Source of the DNA: Cetorhinus maximus
Lineage: Eukaryota
Reading direction: 5' to 3'
NCBI RefSeq assembly: GCF_964194155.1
Contig: NW_027597739.1
Span: 1-64,000, forward strand
DNA length: 64,000 nt
The stretch's first letter is position 1; each line of letters opens with the position of its first letter. Positions 37,022-49,396 of this stretch are shown piece by piece. The notes under the pieces are model-generated. The model was not told the origin of the DNA. It worked only from the letters and a program-made list of their open reading frames with translations, and searched no databases. The position numbers and the translations under genes were made by a program.

Positions 37022-39759
37022 GACTTTGCAACAGCTTCTGATTTCTTAGAGAGTGCGAGCTTCTGTGCAGGGGCACCCTTTAAAACATGGTACCCAAGTT
37101 ACTGACAGCCTGAGGTGACGGGTGGGGTGGGTGAATCAGAGGCTGCCCCACCAGTGATCCGGCCTGTTTGTGGGAATGCAGTGTTAATGAGGCGGGACAC
37201 GCTGGGAAGGGGATGATGCAGTACGAAAACCCAGCATTGCAGCTGGCGGGTAAAACAACTTTTTTCACAGCTGCTACTGCACTTAATACAAATCTGCGAC
37301 GATTCAGCTCTATGTCTCAGGCATTGATGCTGATGAATACATCCATGTAAAAAACAGCTATCTGCATGGGGCATCAGACCAGGATGTCAGTTGAATACAT
37401 GCATTCCATCAATGGCCTGTAGACCCTGAATTTCACTTCAAATAGAATGGAGTGACCACCTAATGGGAAACTCTGAACTTCATGAGGCACTGGTGCTCAA
37501 TCATGTCCAGTAGCTTATCTTGAGTCTGTAACCCCTGTGTTGGGAATATTGCCTCCTATGAGTTGGAGTTCTGTGCTCATCCAGTCTCTCCTGTGGAGTG
37601 GCAAGTGGTTGAGGAGCAGGCGACTGCCCCTGCTAATGTTGGTGTTACTGCTCCTAATCCTTTTGTTCCTCTTCTGAGGTCCAAGGTAGAGCTGCAAAGG
37701 CGGCATCTGTGATGACCTGAAGGTTGACAACTGGAAAGTGCAGATCAAAGGCAAGAAATTCCAGGGTAACAGTGATCATTTTCAAATTATTGAAAAACAT
37801 CTCCAAAACAGCAAAAGTGCACTTTGCGAACAAGTCCTGTGAGTCAAAGGTCTTCCACTTAGGCAAAGTGTCGGATCTCAGTGTTCAGAGCATTTTTTGC
37901 CTGTCAATTACTCAACCCCATCAAGTCACACTGTCCTCTCACCTTCTTTTCCCCGGCAAGTTCCAGGGAGCATTGGAAACCAGCGCACACAGTTAAAATA
38001 AAAATTAAAGAAGCAGCTAATGATCAGTTTACATATTTAAATAGCAGACCAGCCCACCCCACAGGGCTTTCCCTGAACTCAGATCAGTCAGCTTAAAGGT
38101 GGATGTCAGCAAATTCTGCCGGCTCTCCAACGCTCCATCAGTTTCAGGTGTTTTCACCTGCTGCCTGGTCAGAAACCCATCCATCATCTCTGGTTAAAAT
38201 TCCTCCTTATGACTCTGCTGGAAGCACCATTTACTTTCAGTGTACAGTAGAATTGGAGTGTGCCAATGCTGACACTGAGTCTGGGTGGCAGAATACATCT
38301 TGCTGCCCTTGCCTTAGGCACATGATGAAGATGACTGTTCTGATTGTTACGTCAGCTGCCTTTTCATAATCTGGTAAAACGTATCTTTTTTTTGTATTCG
38401 TAGGATGTGAGCATTGCTGGCTAGGGTAGCATTTATTGCCCATCCCTAATTGCCCCTTAGAAGTAGTAACATATCTACGTTGAGGCAAATTTTAAATACT
38501 TGAGGCTACATTTATTGGAGGATCATATCTTGGAGTGATCATTCAATCTTCCAATTTAATACTTGGGCTGATGATTTTCTCTGATAAATGTTACTGATGG
38601 CAGCTTGCTATCATTTATATTTGAAAAGAATTGCAGCAAAAGATCAGTAAACTATATTTGAAGGGGACAGAATTTCAAATGTTTTCATACAACAGTGGAC
38701 ATTGAAATCACTGGGTAACAGCCAAGACTTGATAACTATTACTGGATCAATTAAACAGCTAATGTCTGCTTATTGTGTACCAGTTATTTATTTAATTGAG
38801 TGCTTCACTACATGTAATGAGATGAAAGACATCAGACTACATTTACATTAACGCTATTCAATCTGCTTTGACAATTTTCATTATGCAAGTGAATGTCAAT
38901 ATATGTGAAAATTTCTCAGATGATTTCATTGAGTTCTTTGCTGAACAACTCCAGCTGCCTATGGTGATAGTAGCAGCCATTCTGTGATAGTTCTGTGTGG
39001 TATCTCTTATACAGCTGCATTCATGAATGCTATATAGATTTCCTGTTTCAGTCACATTCATTTGTAATGCTGTAAGCAAAAATATAAGTTGAGTTAACAC
39101 TTGGTGAATGCCCAAACTTCAATGAAAATATTCACATTATACTGATTGCACATTCATTGTAATGCCTAGAGCTTCAGAATAAACTGCAACCATCACCATT
39201 AAGCTTGTGCGCAACTAACTAAAGCAACATGGACTTCGGTCTAAAATAGCACACTGTCTTGTAGGTGATTAGCGATCAGAACTGAAGAAACTAATGTGAT
39301 TTTGTATCTTGCGGATTCAAATCCCAACAGTGAATCACTACTGTAAAGACAATTTCTCGGATTACAGATGATTTGCATATTATTTGAGATGGAAAGAAAT
39401 TGTTTCGGGAGGATAGAGGCTTCATAATATTTCTAATGGGAGAGTAAGGTAATATAAAGTTCTTGGGTTGCCAAATTATGGTAAGGTTACATTTTAACAT
39501 GTGCTCCTACTGTTATAAAGTTTAAAATTGAGAGAATGTATAGTCCAATTAAACAAATGATTTATGAAAGTTGACATAATCCTTTCTGAGAGAACTAGGC
39601 AAACGTACCAAGTAAAATTTCATTGAAATTAATGAAAATTCTTAATTCTCACAAGGTTAAATGCAGTTAATCTAAAAAAGGAACATCCAAGATCGCCAAG
39701 CTGGTCACCTACTTTCTCTTCCTGTATTTTCCAGTGTGTGTAAGCATGTGTCCTTGCAT

Positions 39760-39860
39760 TATATCTCTGACTCTGTCTTTCTCTCTCTCTCTCTGTCTGA
39801 CTCTCTCTCTTTCTCTCTCACTCTCTCCCTCTCTTGCTCCCTCTCATCACACACACACAT
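39760..39860. repeat. Imperfect (CT)n/(CA)n microsatellite
   Basis: Directly visible in the sequence. Confidence 0.85.
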
Positions 39861-39959
39861 TTTTCAAACATTGACTCTATTTTTCTTTGTATCTTTCATG
39901 CCTTCTTTGAAGATTTGTCTCTTCCCTATCTCAAGCTTTGTCTCTGTCTCTCTCATGCT

Positions 39960-40230
39960 CTCTCATGTTTTGCCTACAAGGCACAAGTCAGGAGTGTGAT
40001 GGAATACTCTCCTCTTGCCTGGATGAGTGCAGCTGCAACAACACTCAAGAAGCTCGACACCATCCAGGACAAAGCAGCCTGCTTGATTGGCACTCCATCC
40101 ATCACCTTAAACATTTACACCCTCCACCACCAGTGCACAGTGTCTGCAGTGTTGACCATCTACAAAATGCACTGCAGGAACTTGCAAATGCTCCTTCAAC
40201 AGCGCCTTCTAAATTAATGACCTCTAGAAC
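39960..40230 (+). mobile_element. CR1/L2-group LINE fragment
   Basis: Translates YKAQVRSVMEYSPLAWMSAAATTLKKLDTIQDKAACLIG. Confidence 0.8.
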
Positions 40231-41070
40231 AGAGCTGGGGAGACCTTTTGGCTGGAGGGCCACATCTGGATATGAAAATTGTATGGGGTGAGCAGCCATA
40301 TATGCTCAAGCAAATAACAATTATAATAAAGATAAATTTTGGTGCAAATAGAAATAAGACCATTATTGTTATGGTAATTATACAATCGTAACAATGTATT
40401 ACATACAATAATGAAACCAAACATATACTTTTTTTTCATGCCCTCTTGGCTTAATGTGAAAAATGCAGTTGCTTTCCTCTCTTTACAATGATATCAAAGT
40501 CCAATGTCACTCTTTCCCTCTCTCCCACAGCTGCTGCCGGACCTGAGTATTTCCAGCATTTACCATTTTTATTTCAGTTTTCTAGCATCCACTGTATTTT
40601 GCTTTCGTCTTGCCAATATTAATGCCGCTTTACTGTGATTTACAATATGGTTTGTAGGAACCACCAAGGGAAAAACAATGAAGAAAAGAGAAAGAAAATG
40701 TGGAAACATCAAAAGACATCTCAGAAACAGCCACCACATCTTATGGGGAGTACAGTGATCTGTATCCTCTTGCTACCTCTCATTCCTGGACCTGGGATTT
40801 AATGACCTCACGGCACATTTTAAAAGAAGTGCTACCAAGTGCATTTGTAGTCTGTTCCACATGTGTGGTTCTTCAAGCATGTCCAAGCTGTAAATGTTTG
40901 TTCCACACCTGTTAAGGAACAAGTTCCTAATTTTCAATTTTCTCAAAACACAAAGCCTGACCTAAAACCACAGAATCTTCACTTTCTATTACATTCATCA
41001 TCCTTCTTCGAAAAATCTAAACCTTAACTGTGTCTGTGTAGGAACAGACAATGCTTTTCAATTAAATTAA

Positions 41071-41200
41071 AAGCAAAATACTGCAGATGCTGGAAATCTG
41101 AAATAAAAACAAAGTGCTGGTAAAACTCAGCAGCTCTGGCTGAATCTGTGGAGAGAGAAACAGAGTTAACGTTTTGAGTCCAATATGACTTCTTCAGAAC
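41071..41200 (-). repeat. Penelope-type terminal repeat with a degenerate hammerhead-ribozyme core
   Basis: Minus strand reads CTGAAGA-AGTC-ATATTG-GACT-CAAAA-CGTTAAC, compared with the consensus core CUGANGA...GAAA. Confidence 0.5.
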
Positions 41201-41794
41201 CAATTTTCCAAATCTTATTTTTGGAAGTGAGTAAACAACTAATTACTGAAATGCCCATTTTTTTTTAATACTTTCACAGGATGTGGGCTTCGCTGGCCAG
41301 GCCAGCATTTACAGCCCATCCCTAGTTGCCCTTGAGAAGGTGGTGGTGAGCTGCCTTCTTGAACCACTGCAGTCCATGTGGTGTAGGTACACCCACAGTG
41401 CTGTTAGGGAGGGAGTTCCAGGATTTTGACCCAGCAACAGTGAAGGAATAGCGATATATTTCCAAGTCAGGATGGTGTATGGCTTGGAGGGGAACTTGCA
41501 GGTGGTGGTGTTCCCATGCACCTGCTTCCTTTGTCCTTCTAGGTGGCAGAGGTCGCAGGATTTAGAAGGTGCTGTCGGAGCAGCCTTGGTAAGTTGCTGC
41601 AATACATCTTGTAGGTGGTACAAACTGCTGCCACTGTGCATCAGTGGTGGAGGGAGCAAATGTTTAAGGTGCTGGATCGGGTGCCAATCAAGTGGACTGC
41701 TTTGGCCTAGATAGTGGTGTCTTGAGCTTCTTGAGTGTTGTTGTGGCTGTACTCATCCAGGCAAGTGGAGAGAATTCCATCACGCTCCTGACTT

Positions 41795-42290
41795 AGGAAC
41801 AAAGGGACATAGGACTTAGAAGCAGGAGTAAGCCATTTAGCCCTTTGAGCCTACTCCACCATACAATAAGATCATGGCTGATCTGGTTGTGGTCTCAACT
41901 CCACTTTGCTGCCTAAGGGTGGGGGACACCCTTAACCCTCGAATCCTTTGTCTATCAAAAATCTGTCTAACTCTGTCTTGAATAAATTCAATGACCCAGC
42001 CTCTACTGCTTTCTTGGGAAGAGAGTTAAACATACAAACGACCCTTTGAGAGAAAAAATTTCTCCTCATCTCTGTCTTAAACGGTAAATCTCTCATACTT
42101 AATCTGTGTCCCCTGGGTCTAGTCTCTCCCACAAGAGGAAACAACTCCCCGGTATCCACCCTATCAAATCCTCTTAGGATCTTATGTGTTTCAATAAGAT
42201 CACCTCTCATTCATCTATACTCCAATTGGCATAGGCCCAACCTGTTCAACCTTTCTTCATAAGATAAGCCCATCATCCCAGGAATGGATT
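41795..42290 (-). mobile_element. CR1 LINE 3' end
   Basis: Translates MRGDLIETHKILRGFDRVD...RRNFFSQRVV and carries a CR1 tail. Confidence 0.85.
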
Positions 42291-42495
42291 GAGTGCAATT
42301 ATTTTCCCCCCATTGGGGAGGGGGGGTGGTTGTGCGGGGGCGGGCAGGAGTGAGCACGAACCCGATCGTCACCCCCGATCGGGGCCACGCCATTATTTTA
42401 TGTGGGCGGGCCAATTAAGGTCCGTCCAGTGTGATGCACACCCAGAAGCGCTGTGCGCTCCCTGTACGGGCGGTGGGGGGAATTCGCTGAGTCCG

Positions 42496-43309
42496 TTCAC
42501 AATGAAAAGATCAAGAGCAGGTAAGAATCCAGAGGGAGGGGTCCAGGCGGAGGGAGAATATTGGAGGTGGGTAAAAGGATCCGTTGAACGGGGAGAGGAC
42601 TGCTGCCTAAAGAAGTGAGCATGGAGACGAAGGCGGCGGAAGAAGAGTTCAGCATTGTGCCAAGCCTGAAATTCATTGAGATGAGGGCGTAAGAGTATGA
42701 AACTGAGTCCTTTGTTGAGCACTGAACGTTCAGCATCAGAGAGGGGAAGGTCGGGGGTATGGTGAATACACAGCCGGGGCTGGGATTGGAAGACGGGATG
42801 GGGACAGAGGGACAGGCAAGGGTGGAGGGTCCTGGATGGGCGTTGGTGTCGATGAGTTGTTGGAGCTTGCATTCCTTTGCACCTGAAAGAAAGAGACAAA
42901 GTTTCTTGTTGAGGCGTCGGATGAGATGCAGAATAAAATGAAACTGGGGGCAAGGGCAGCTTAGAAATAGGGTGCGTCGGTGCTGTTGGAGGGAGAATTC
43001 TACTGTGTTCATATGGCGGCGCGTGACACTGAGTGTGGATCTCAGGATGCAACGGGAACAGCAATCCGAGGAGCGTTGTATGTCCTGGAGTTACCTGTAA
43101 TCCTGGATGAGTTCGAAACATGAGGGATGGAACTTCAGTTGAAATCCACATGGGTTAAGTCGGAGACGGAGGCAGTCACTGAGGAAGGAAATATGGCTGT
43201 GAAAGCAAGTTTTAGTAGACGCTTTGTCAAACACCAGGAGAGAAATGAAAAGCAATTAAGGTGAACAAGGCAAAAGAGAGAGGCGGAAATCCTGTCGGAG
43301 AGAAGAGCA
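42496..43309 (-). mobile_element. Penelope-like element, N-terminal ORF fragment
   Basis: LSDAERSVLNKGLSF...FFRRLRLHAHF...WTPPSG...LDLFI is typical of the region upstream of the Penelope RT domain. Confidence 0.75.
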
Positions 43310-44489
43310 GTAGATGGTGGACAGGCTTTGGGGAGTTAGGAGGTGAGTTACTCACCACAGGATTCCCAGACTCTGACCTGCTCTTGTAGCCACAGTATTT
43401 ATATGGCTAGTCCAGCTCAGTTTCTGGTCAATGGTAACCCCCAGGATGTTGATAGTGGGAGATTCAGCGATGGTGATGTCATTGAATTTCAAGGGGCGAT
43501 GGTTAGGTTCTCTCTTGTTAGAGATTGTCATTGCCTGGCATTTGTTTGGTGTGAATGTTACTTGCTACTTATCAGCCCAAGGCTGGATATTGTCCAGGTC
43601 TTGCTGCATTTGGATATGGACTGCTTCAGTATCTGAGGAGTTACAGATGGTGCTGAACATTGTGCAAGCATCAGCGAATATCCACACTTTTGACTTTATG
43701 ATGGAGGGAAGGTCATTGATGAAGCAGCTGAAGATGGTTGGGCCTAGGACACTACCCTGAGGAACTCCTACAGTGATGTCCTGGAGCTGAGATGACTGAC
43801 CTCCAACCACCACAACCATCTTCCTTTGTGCTTGGTACGACTCTAACCAGCGGAGAATTTTCCTCCTGATTCCCATTGACACCAGTTTTGCTAGGGCTCC
43901 TTGATGCCACGCTCACTCAAATGCTGCTTTGATGTCAAGGGGAATCACACTCAACACACCCCTTGAGTTTAGCTCTTTTGTCCACGTTTGGACCAAGGCT
44001 GGAATGAGGTCAGGGTCTGGGTGGCTCTGGCGAAACCCAAACTGAGTATCTGTGAGCAGGTTATTGCTCAATAAGTGTAGCTTGATGAGCAGGTTATTGC
44101 TCAATAAGTGTAGTTTGATAGGACTGTCAATGACACATTCCACCACTTTACTGATGATTGAGAGTAGATTGATGGGTCGATAATTGGCTGGGTTGAATGT
44201 ATCCTGTTTTTTGTGGACAGGACGCACCTGGGCAATTTTCCACATAGCCCAGGTGGATGCCAGTGTTGTAGCTGTACTGGAACAGCTTGGCTAGAAAATA
44301 TTAAACTGAGATTGCTTGTGGAGTCCTTTAACGATGCATATCTTGGAACTCGTTGCAGGTAGCAGTGTTTATACTTCAATATATCAGTCCCGTGTAGCAG
44401 CAGAATTGTCAGTCAAATTTTTGCTGGGTCTACAAATCTGCTGTGCTCTGGTTCATTTGTCAACTACCTTAAATCTGTATCCTCAGTTT

Positions 44490-45340
44490 TCTTTATTTAT
44501 TCATAAGATGTGGGCATTGCTGGCTAGGCCAGCATTTATTGCTCATCCCTAATTGCCCTTGAGGAAGTGGTTGTGAGCTGCCTTCTTGAACCATGACAGT
44601 ACATCTGGTACACCCACAGTGCTGTTAGTGGCAGTGGGGGGATGCCAGGATTTTGACCCAGTGACAGTGAAGGAATGGCGATATAGTTCCCAGTCAGGAT
44701 GGTGAGTGGCTTGGAGGGAAACTTCCAGGCAGTGGTGTTCCCATGTGTCTGCTGGCCTTACCCTTTTAGACGGTAGCAGTTGTGAGTTTGGAAGGTGCTG
44801 TTTAAGGAGCCTTGGATGAGTTCCTGCAATGCATCTTGTAGACAGTACACACTGCTGCCACTGTGCATCAGTGGTAGGCAGAGTGAATGTTTGTGGATGG
44901 GGTGCCAATCAATCGGGCTGCTTTGTCCTGAATGGTGTCAAGCTTCTCGAGTGTTGTGGGAGTTGCACTCATCCAGGCAAGTGGAGAGTATTCCATCACA
45001 CTCCTGACTTGTGCCCTGTAGATGGTGGACATGTTTTGGGGAGTCAGGTGGTGAGTTACTCGTCACAGGATTCCTAACCTCTAACCTGCTCTTGTAGTCA
45101 CAGTATTTATGTAGCTAGTCCAGTTCAGCTTCTGGTCAATGGTAACCCCCAGGATGTTGATAGTGGGGGATTCAGCGATGCTAATGCCATTGAATATCAA
45201 GGGGCGATGGTTAGATTCTGTCTTGTTGGAGATGGTCATTGCCTGGCATTTGTGCGGCGTGAATGTTATTTTCCACTTGTCAGCCCAAGCCTGGATATTG
45301 TCCAGGGCTTGCTGCATTTGGACATGGACTGTTTCAGTTA
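44490..45340 (-). mobile_element. CR1/L2-group LINE 3' fragment
   Basis: Translates QQALDNIQAWADKWKITFTPHKCQ...ILGVTIDQKLNW and has an intact 3' tail. Confidence 0.85.
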
Positions 45341-46209
45341 CCTACCAAACCTTCTGCCAACAGAAACACTTTCTCCTTATTTACTTAATAAATATACTTC
45401 ATGATTTTGAACACCTCTATTCAATCCACCTTAACCTCCTTTGCTATATGGAAAGCAATCCCAGCCTCTCTCAACTCCCCACTTAACTGAAGTTCCACAA
45501 TCCTGATACCATTATAAATGTGGCTATAGGAATCTATAATGTGTAAAGTTGACAAGACGTACACACAGATGCAAGATTTTTGTATAGATTTATAATCATT
45601 CTAGTGGTGAAGGCACTCTTCGGTGTATTATATAGCCAATGCAGACCTCATGGTTCTAGGTTCAAATCCTGGACTGACAGCACTTGTGGCACCAAGCCTT
45701 AGCAAGAAGGAGGGAATGAGAAAAATGGGGAGACAAAACTATGTAAAAGTTGACTTGACTTTTCATAGAGACTATTAAAACCTAAGTGCAAAATAAGTTT
45801 TGAAGTATACTTGAAAACCAAAAAGCAAATCAAAATGAGTAAGCAGTCTAGAGCATATCCTTACCATGTGCTGCTTTTAATGCTCCTACATGTGCATTTG
45901 CTTCCTCTAACATGGCAGCCACAATCCCCAAGTAAAGCCAGCGTCCAGCCTTCAATCATTGGCCAACTCCAACTTAACTGGAAGTATTTCCATTTGCCTC
46001 GGTCTTGAAACACTTCCCTTGTAGCTCACCAGGATCTGCATTTTACTTTCACAGCTGCTGACAATGATCAGACAGGTACCAGGAGCAGTTGTGCATGTGC
46101 ATTTGGCATGCAGTACATTCATTGGCAGACCTTACCTGCTTTGCCTGCTGCAGGCGAGGGTCAGATTGGAAACTCCTGCTGGCCTGATGTGCCCCATGGA
46201 CTGTGGTTT

Positions 46210-46500
46210 GCCCAGAACTGACCTAGAAGGACAAGGGTAGCTGAAACATGGGATTATCACCACTTGCAAGTTCTCCTCCTAATTACACACCATCCTGGCT
46301 TGGAACAATATCATTGTTCCTTCAACATCACTGGGTCAAAATCTTAGAATCCCTCCTGAACAGCGCTTTGGATGTACCTGTACCATAGGTGCTGCAGTGG
46401 CTCAAGAAGATGGTTTGCCACCACCTTAACAAGGGCAATTAAGGGTGGGTAATAACTGCTGGCGTTGCCAGCGCGCTCATATCCATGTATGAATAAAAAA
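46210..46500 (+). mobile_element. CR1/L2-group LINE 3' end
   Basis: Family tail ending ATGAATAAAAAA. Confidence 0.75.
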
Positions 46501-47691
46501 AGTCACCCTCTCTATTTCCCTCAATATCTACGTGCCTTGCTCCCCCTCTATTTCCCCACCTATCTTTCTACAGCTCTTAATCTCTTCAACTTTCTTATGT
46601 CTTCATGGAATGAGTTACACATTTAAAAAAAAGATCTGTCAAACACAGTGACTGTCTCTTTGATCCATGTACAGAGTGCACTGAGACAGCTAAAGAATGT
46701 ATAAAGAACTCCTGCATGGACACTTCAGATCATGGTCTATGATTTTCATCTTATAATTGGTGTAAACTTACAGAAAATGAAAATAGAATGGTTTTCTGCT
46801 ATTTTCTTCCTCTCTGCTAAATTGTATTTTCCTGCAAGAGTGTAGGTGAGTTACCTGCCCCCAGGGTTCTACCAATACCATTCTGAATCTATTGCTAACA
46901 GTTGGGTATAAGTGAACCAAAGGATGATTCTTTCTTCAGTTTTTTATCTATTGCAGAGATAATGTACCTAACATCTGCCATACAATTCTCTAGAATGACT
47001 GCCAGTGGCATAGTAACAATTTTTGGTTACATGTTGTACTAATGTGTGACACATTGATGCTGTGGTATGTTGTCCTATTCACCAGAAAAAATGTCAATGC
47101 TTGAGATTATCCCAAAGTTCACCTTTATTCCATTAAACCTGTTTCCATTCCATTTATGTTTTCTTATTTATCTACTTCATGCAACATTTAATACACTAAG
47201 ATGTAAATCTATCAATCATCCTTTAGAAGCTCATACCATTAAGAATCCAATGAAAACTCAAATATTATGTAAAGCATGTTAGCTAATATCAGAAACCAGA
47301 AGTAGGACTCTGCTCTTGATTCAATAAAATCACTGGAAAGGTGGAGGAGAAGGTATTTGCTGAAGGCGGCAGGAAATCATGTTACGATTGGCAGTAGTAC
47401 CACAGCATAAAACTGAGGAATGATTGTAAAATAGCATTGCTTGGCAGACATTCGATTTAATCTGGGACAGAACTAGCACTGCCCATGACCTGGTTTAACT
47501 TCCAGTTTCCTAGCAATATTATTACTGGAGCTAGTGGAAGTTGGTGTTACCCCCATCATAGCAGATGATTGTTCTGTTATCACTTTAAGTTATTATTGTC
47601 TGCTAATTCCTTGTCTTTGCTGAATCAAGACTTCAGCCATACAATTCTGAGGAAGGGTAACGCCTGAACTGTTTTACTTATCTGTTCATTC

Positions 47692-49396
47692 TGTAATGAC
47701 CTTTGACCTGGAAGCAGTACAGTAAGGAAAATTTGTAATTTCTTTAAAATGTTTTTTTAAGAATGTTTGAGAAGGACTTTTCAGAGTTTGCATCAATTGT
47801 AAAGGGATCAATTGTAATTTTATTGGATAATAAGAAATACTGGTCCATGTGGCCTGATAGCCCTTGGCCTGGAAACAGCCAGCAGGAACGAAATTAAGTT
47901 ACAGAAGCCATATAGGTGGCAGACACAAAGGAGAACTGGAGGCAGAAAGTGATCAGCCTGCAGATAAATGCACAAAGAGAAAGTGGGCAGAGACAGAAAG
48001 AGGAACATAGAACTTGTGCGAGGAGAAGAAGCCAGCAAAGCTCGTTATGAGAAGGTGAGTTTTCTGTTTGGCAGTTAGAAGAAAAATTGAATTCCAGAAG
48101 CTTTTGGGCAAGTGATACACAAATTAGCTAAAAAGGACTGAACCCTGGAAGCAGTGTGAAGAGCTCAGGCATATGAAAGCTGAGATTTTGTAATAATGGA
48201 CCAGATCATGAACCAGGTATTGTTGGTTGGTCAGTTGAAGAACTCTGGAAAGCTATGCCATCAACACTGTTGTGATCTGAGGAAGAGAGGGTCTGTAGAT
48301 GTGTGCCTTGCTGATGATAATTGTACCTGTGAAGATTGGAGATGAAAGCTGCTGTTGGACAGGACTTCTGAGCTACCCTATGTAAATAAACAACAGCGTA
48401 TTCTGGAACTGTGTAGCTATGTAGTGCCGCATGTCTGTGGGAAGTGGTGAAGGAGCTTGTGGTTGTGAGAGACATACCTTTGTTGTATCAACTATTTAAT
48501 GTGAAAATTACTTTTTTATTTGAAATATCATTTGTCTGTTAATTCATGTTTAATTTACATTGGCCAGAATTTTCCTGTCGGCGATTTGGGGGAGGGGCCC
48601 ACTCGCCGACAGGAAAATGACACGGGATGATGTCGGGAGAAACCCCCGATGTCATCCCGGTCCATTTAAATTTTTAGGAAGGCAGGTGGACAGCGAAATC
48701 AGCTGTTCGCCCGCCGACCTGTCAATGGCCAATTGAGGCCATTGATAGGATCATTAAGCTCAATGAAAGACCTGCCCGTCCAACCTTAAGGCTGGCGGGC
48801 AGGCCAGGAGCCCCAGCGGGCTTCTGAAAAAAGATGAAACCTCATCCACTGGTGGGATGAGGTTTCATCTCAGTTTTTAAAAAGTTTATTAAAGTTTCAC
48901 TTATATTTATTAACATGTCCCATCTCGTGTGACAGTGTCACATGAGGGTGACATGTTAATAATGTTTTTCTTTCTCTATTTTTAAAGTTTTTTAAACATT
49001 CAGCGCTCTCCTTGAGACAGCACTAAGTCTCAGGGAGCAGTGCACTCTTTCGTGCGCATGCGCAAAAGAGCGCACTTTGACAGATAGGGAATCCCTCCCC
49101 CCCACGCACAGGGAGCGCATAGTGTTTCCTGTCGGGCAGCCCGCTGGGCGGGCCTTAATTGGCCTGCCCACTCAAAATGGCGGCCGGCCCCATTTCGGTG
49201 GTGGAGTTAGGCTACCCGCCCGCCGCCGAGCCGGTGGGGCCCACCCGCCCATCAAGGGAAAAATTCTGGCCATTGATTCTGATTTTATGTTAAAGTAAAA
49301 ATTACAAAAAGTGAAATCTTGGTGATTTCTTCATTTGGGGGTCATTTAGTAAATTTGGTTATTTTGTTTTACAATGACCCTACAGGTATTGTATCA
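47692..49396. mobile_element. Probable solo LTR containing a MITE
   Basis: Termini TGTAATG...TTGTATCA with (A)TTC on both sides. It splits a Penelope-type terminal repeat and is about 1 kb without the MITE. Confidence 0.45.
48562..49271. mobile_element. Harbinger-type MITE (710 bp)
   Basis: Inverted termini GGCCAGAATTTTCC / GGAAAAATTCTGGCC with an ATT duplication. Near copy at 51270-51961. Confidence 0.9.

Larger units (their letters stand above)
32755..37310 (+). mobile_element. Near full-length two-gene PIF/Harbinger DNA transposon (about 4.56 kb)
   Basis: Termini GGCTGGGATTTT... and ...GACGATTCAGCTC with TAT on both sides. Contains convergent transposase (+) and Myb/SANT (-) genes. Confidence 0.85.
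31325..38206 (-). mobile_element. Older degenerate Harbinger element hosting the 32755-37310 insertion
   Basis: Inverted termini GAACTGAATTTTAAC / GTTAAAATTCCTCC. Myb/SANT remnant on + (31605-32750: AWLQVAEE, RERQRTRGGPP) and transposase remnant on - (GLQAIDGMHV at about 37396-37426). Confidence 0.55.
41260..44295 (-). mobile_element. CR1/L2-group LINE (RT plus 3' end) split by a composite insertion at about 41795-43309
   Basis: Motifs NPANYRPINLLS, QFGFR, LDIKAAF and GVPQGSVLGPTIFSCFINDL. The sequence left of 41795 continues at 43310, as judged from the uninterrupted copy near 45000. Confidence 0.85.

Noticed and set aside
40228-40445. Possible hAT-like terminus (GAGCTGGGGAGACCTTTTGG...GGGCCACA)
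   Set aside because: No matching second terminus or 8-bp duplication was found.
44053-44120. 33-bp in-frame duplication (IKLHLLSNNLL twice) in a LINE RT
   Set aside because: Real, but most simply a slippage event in a dead element.
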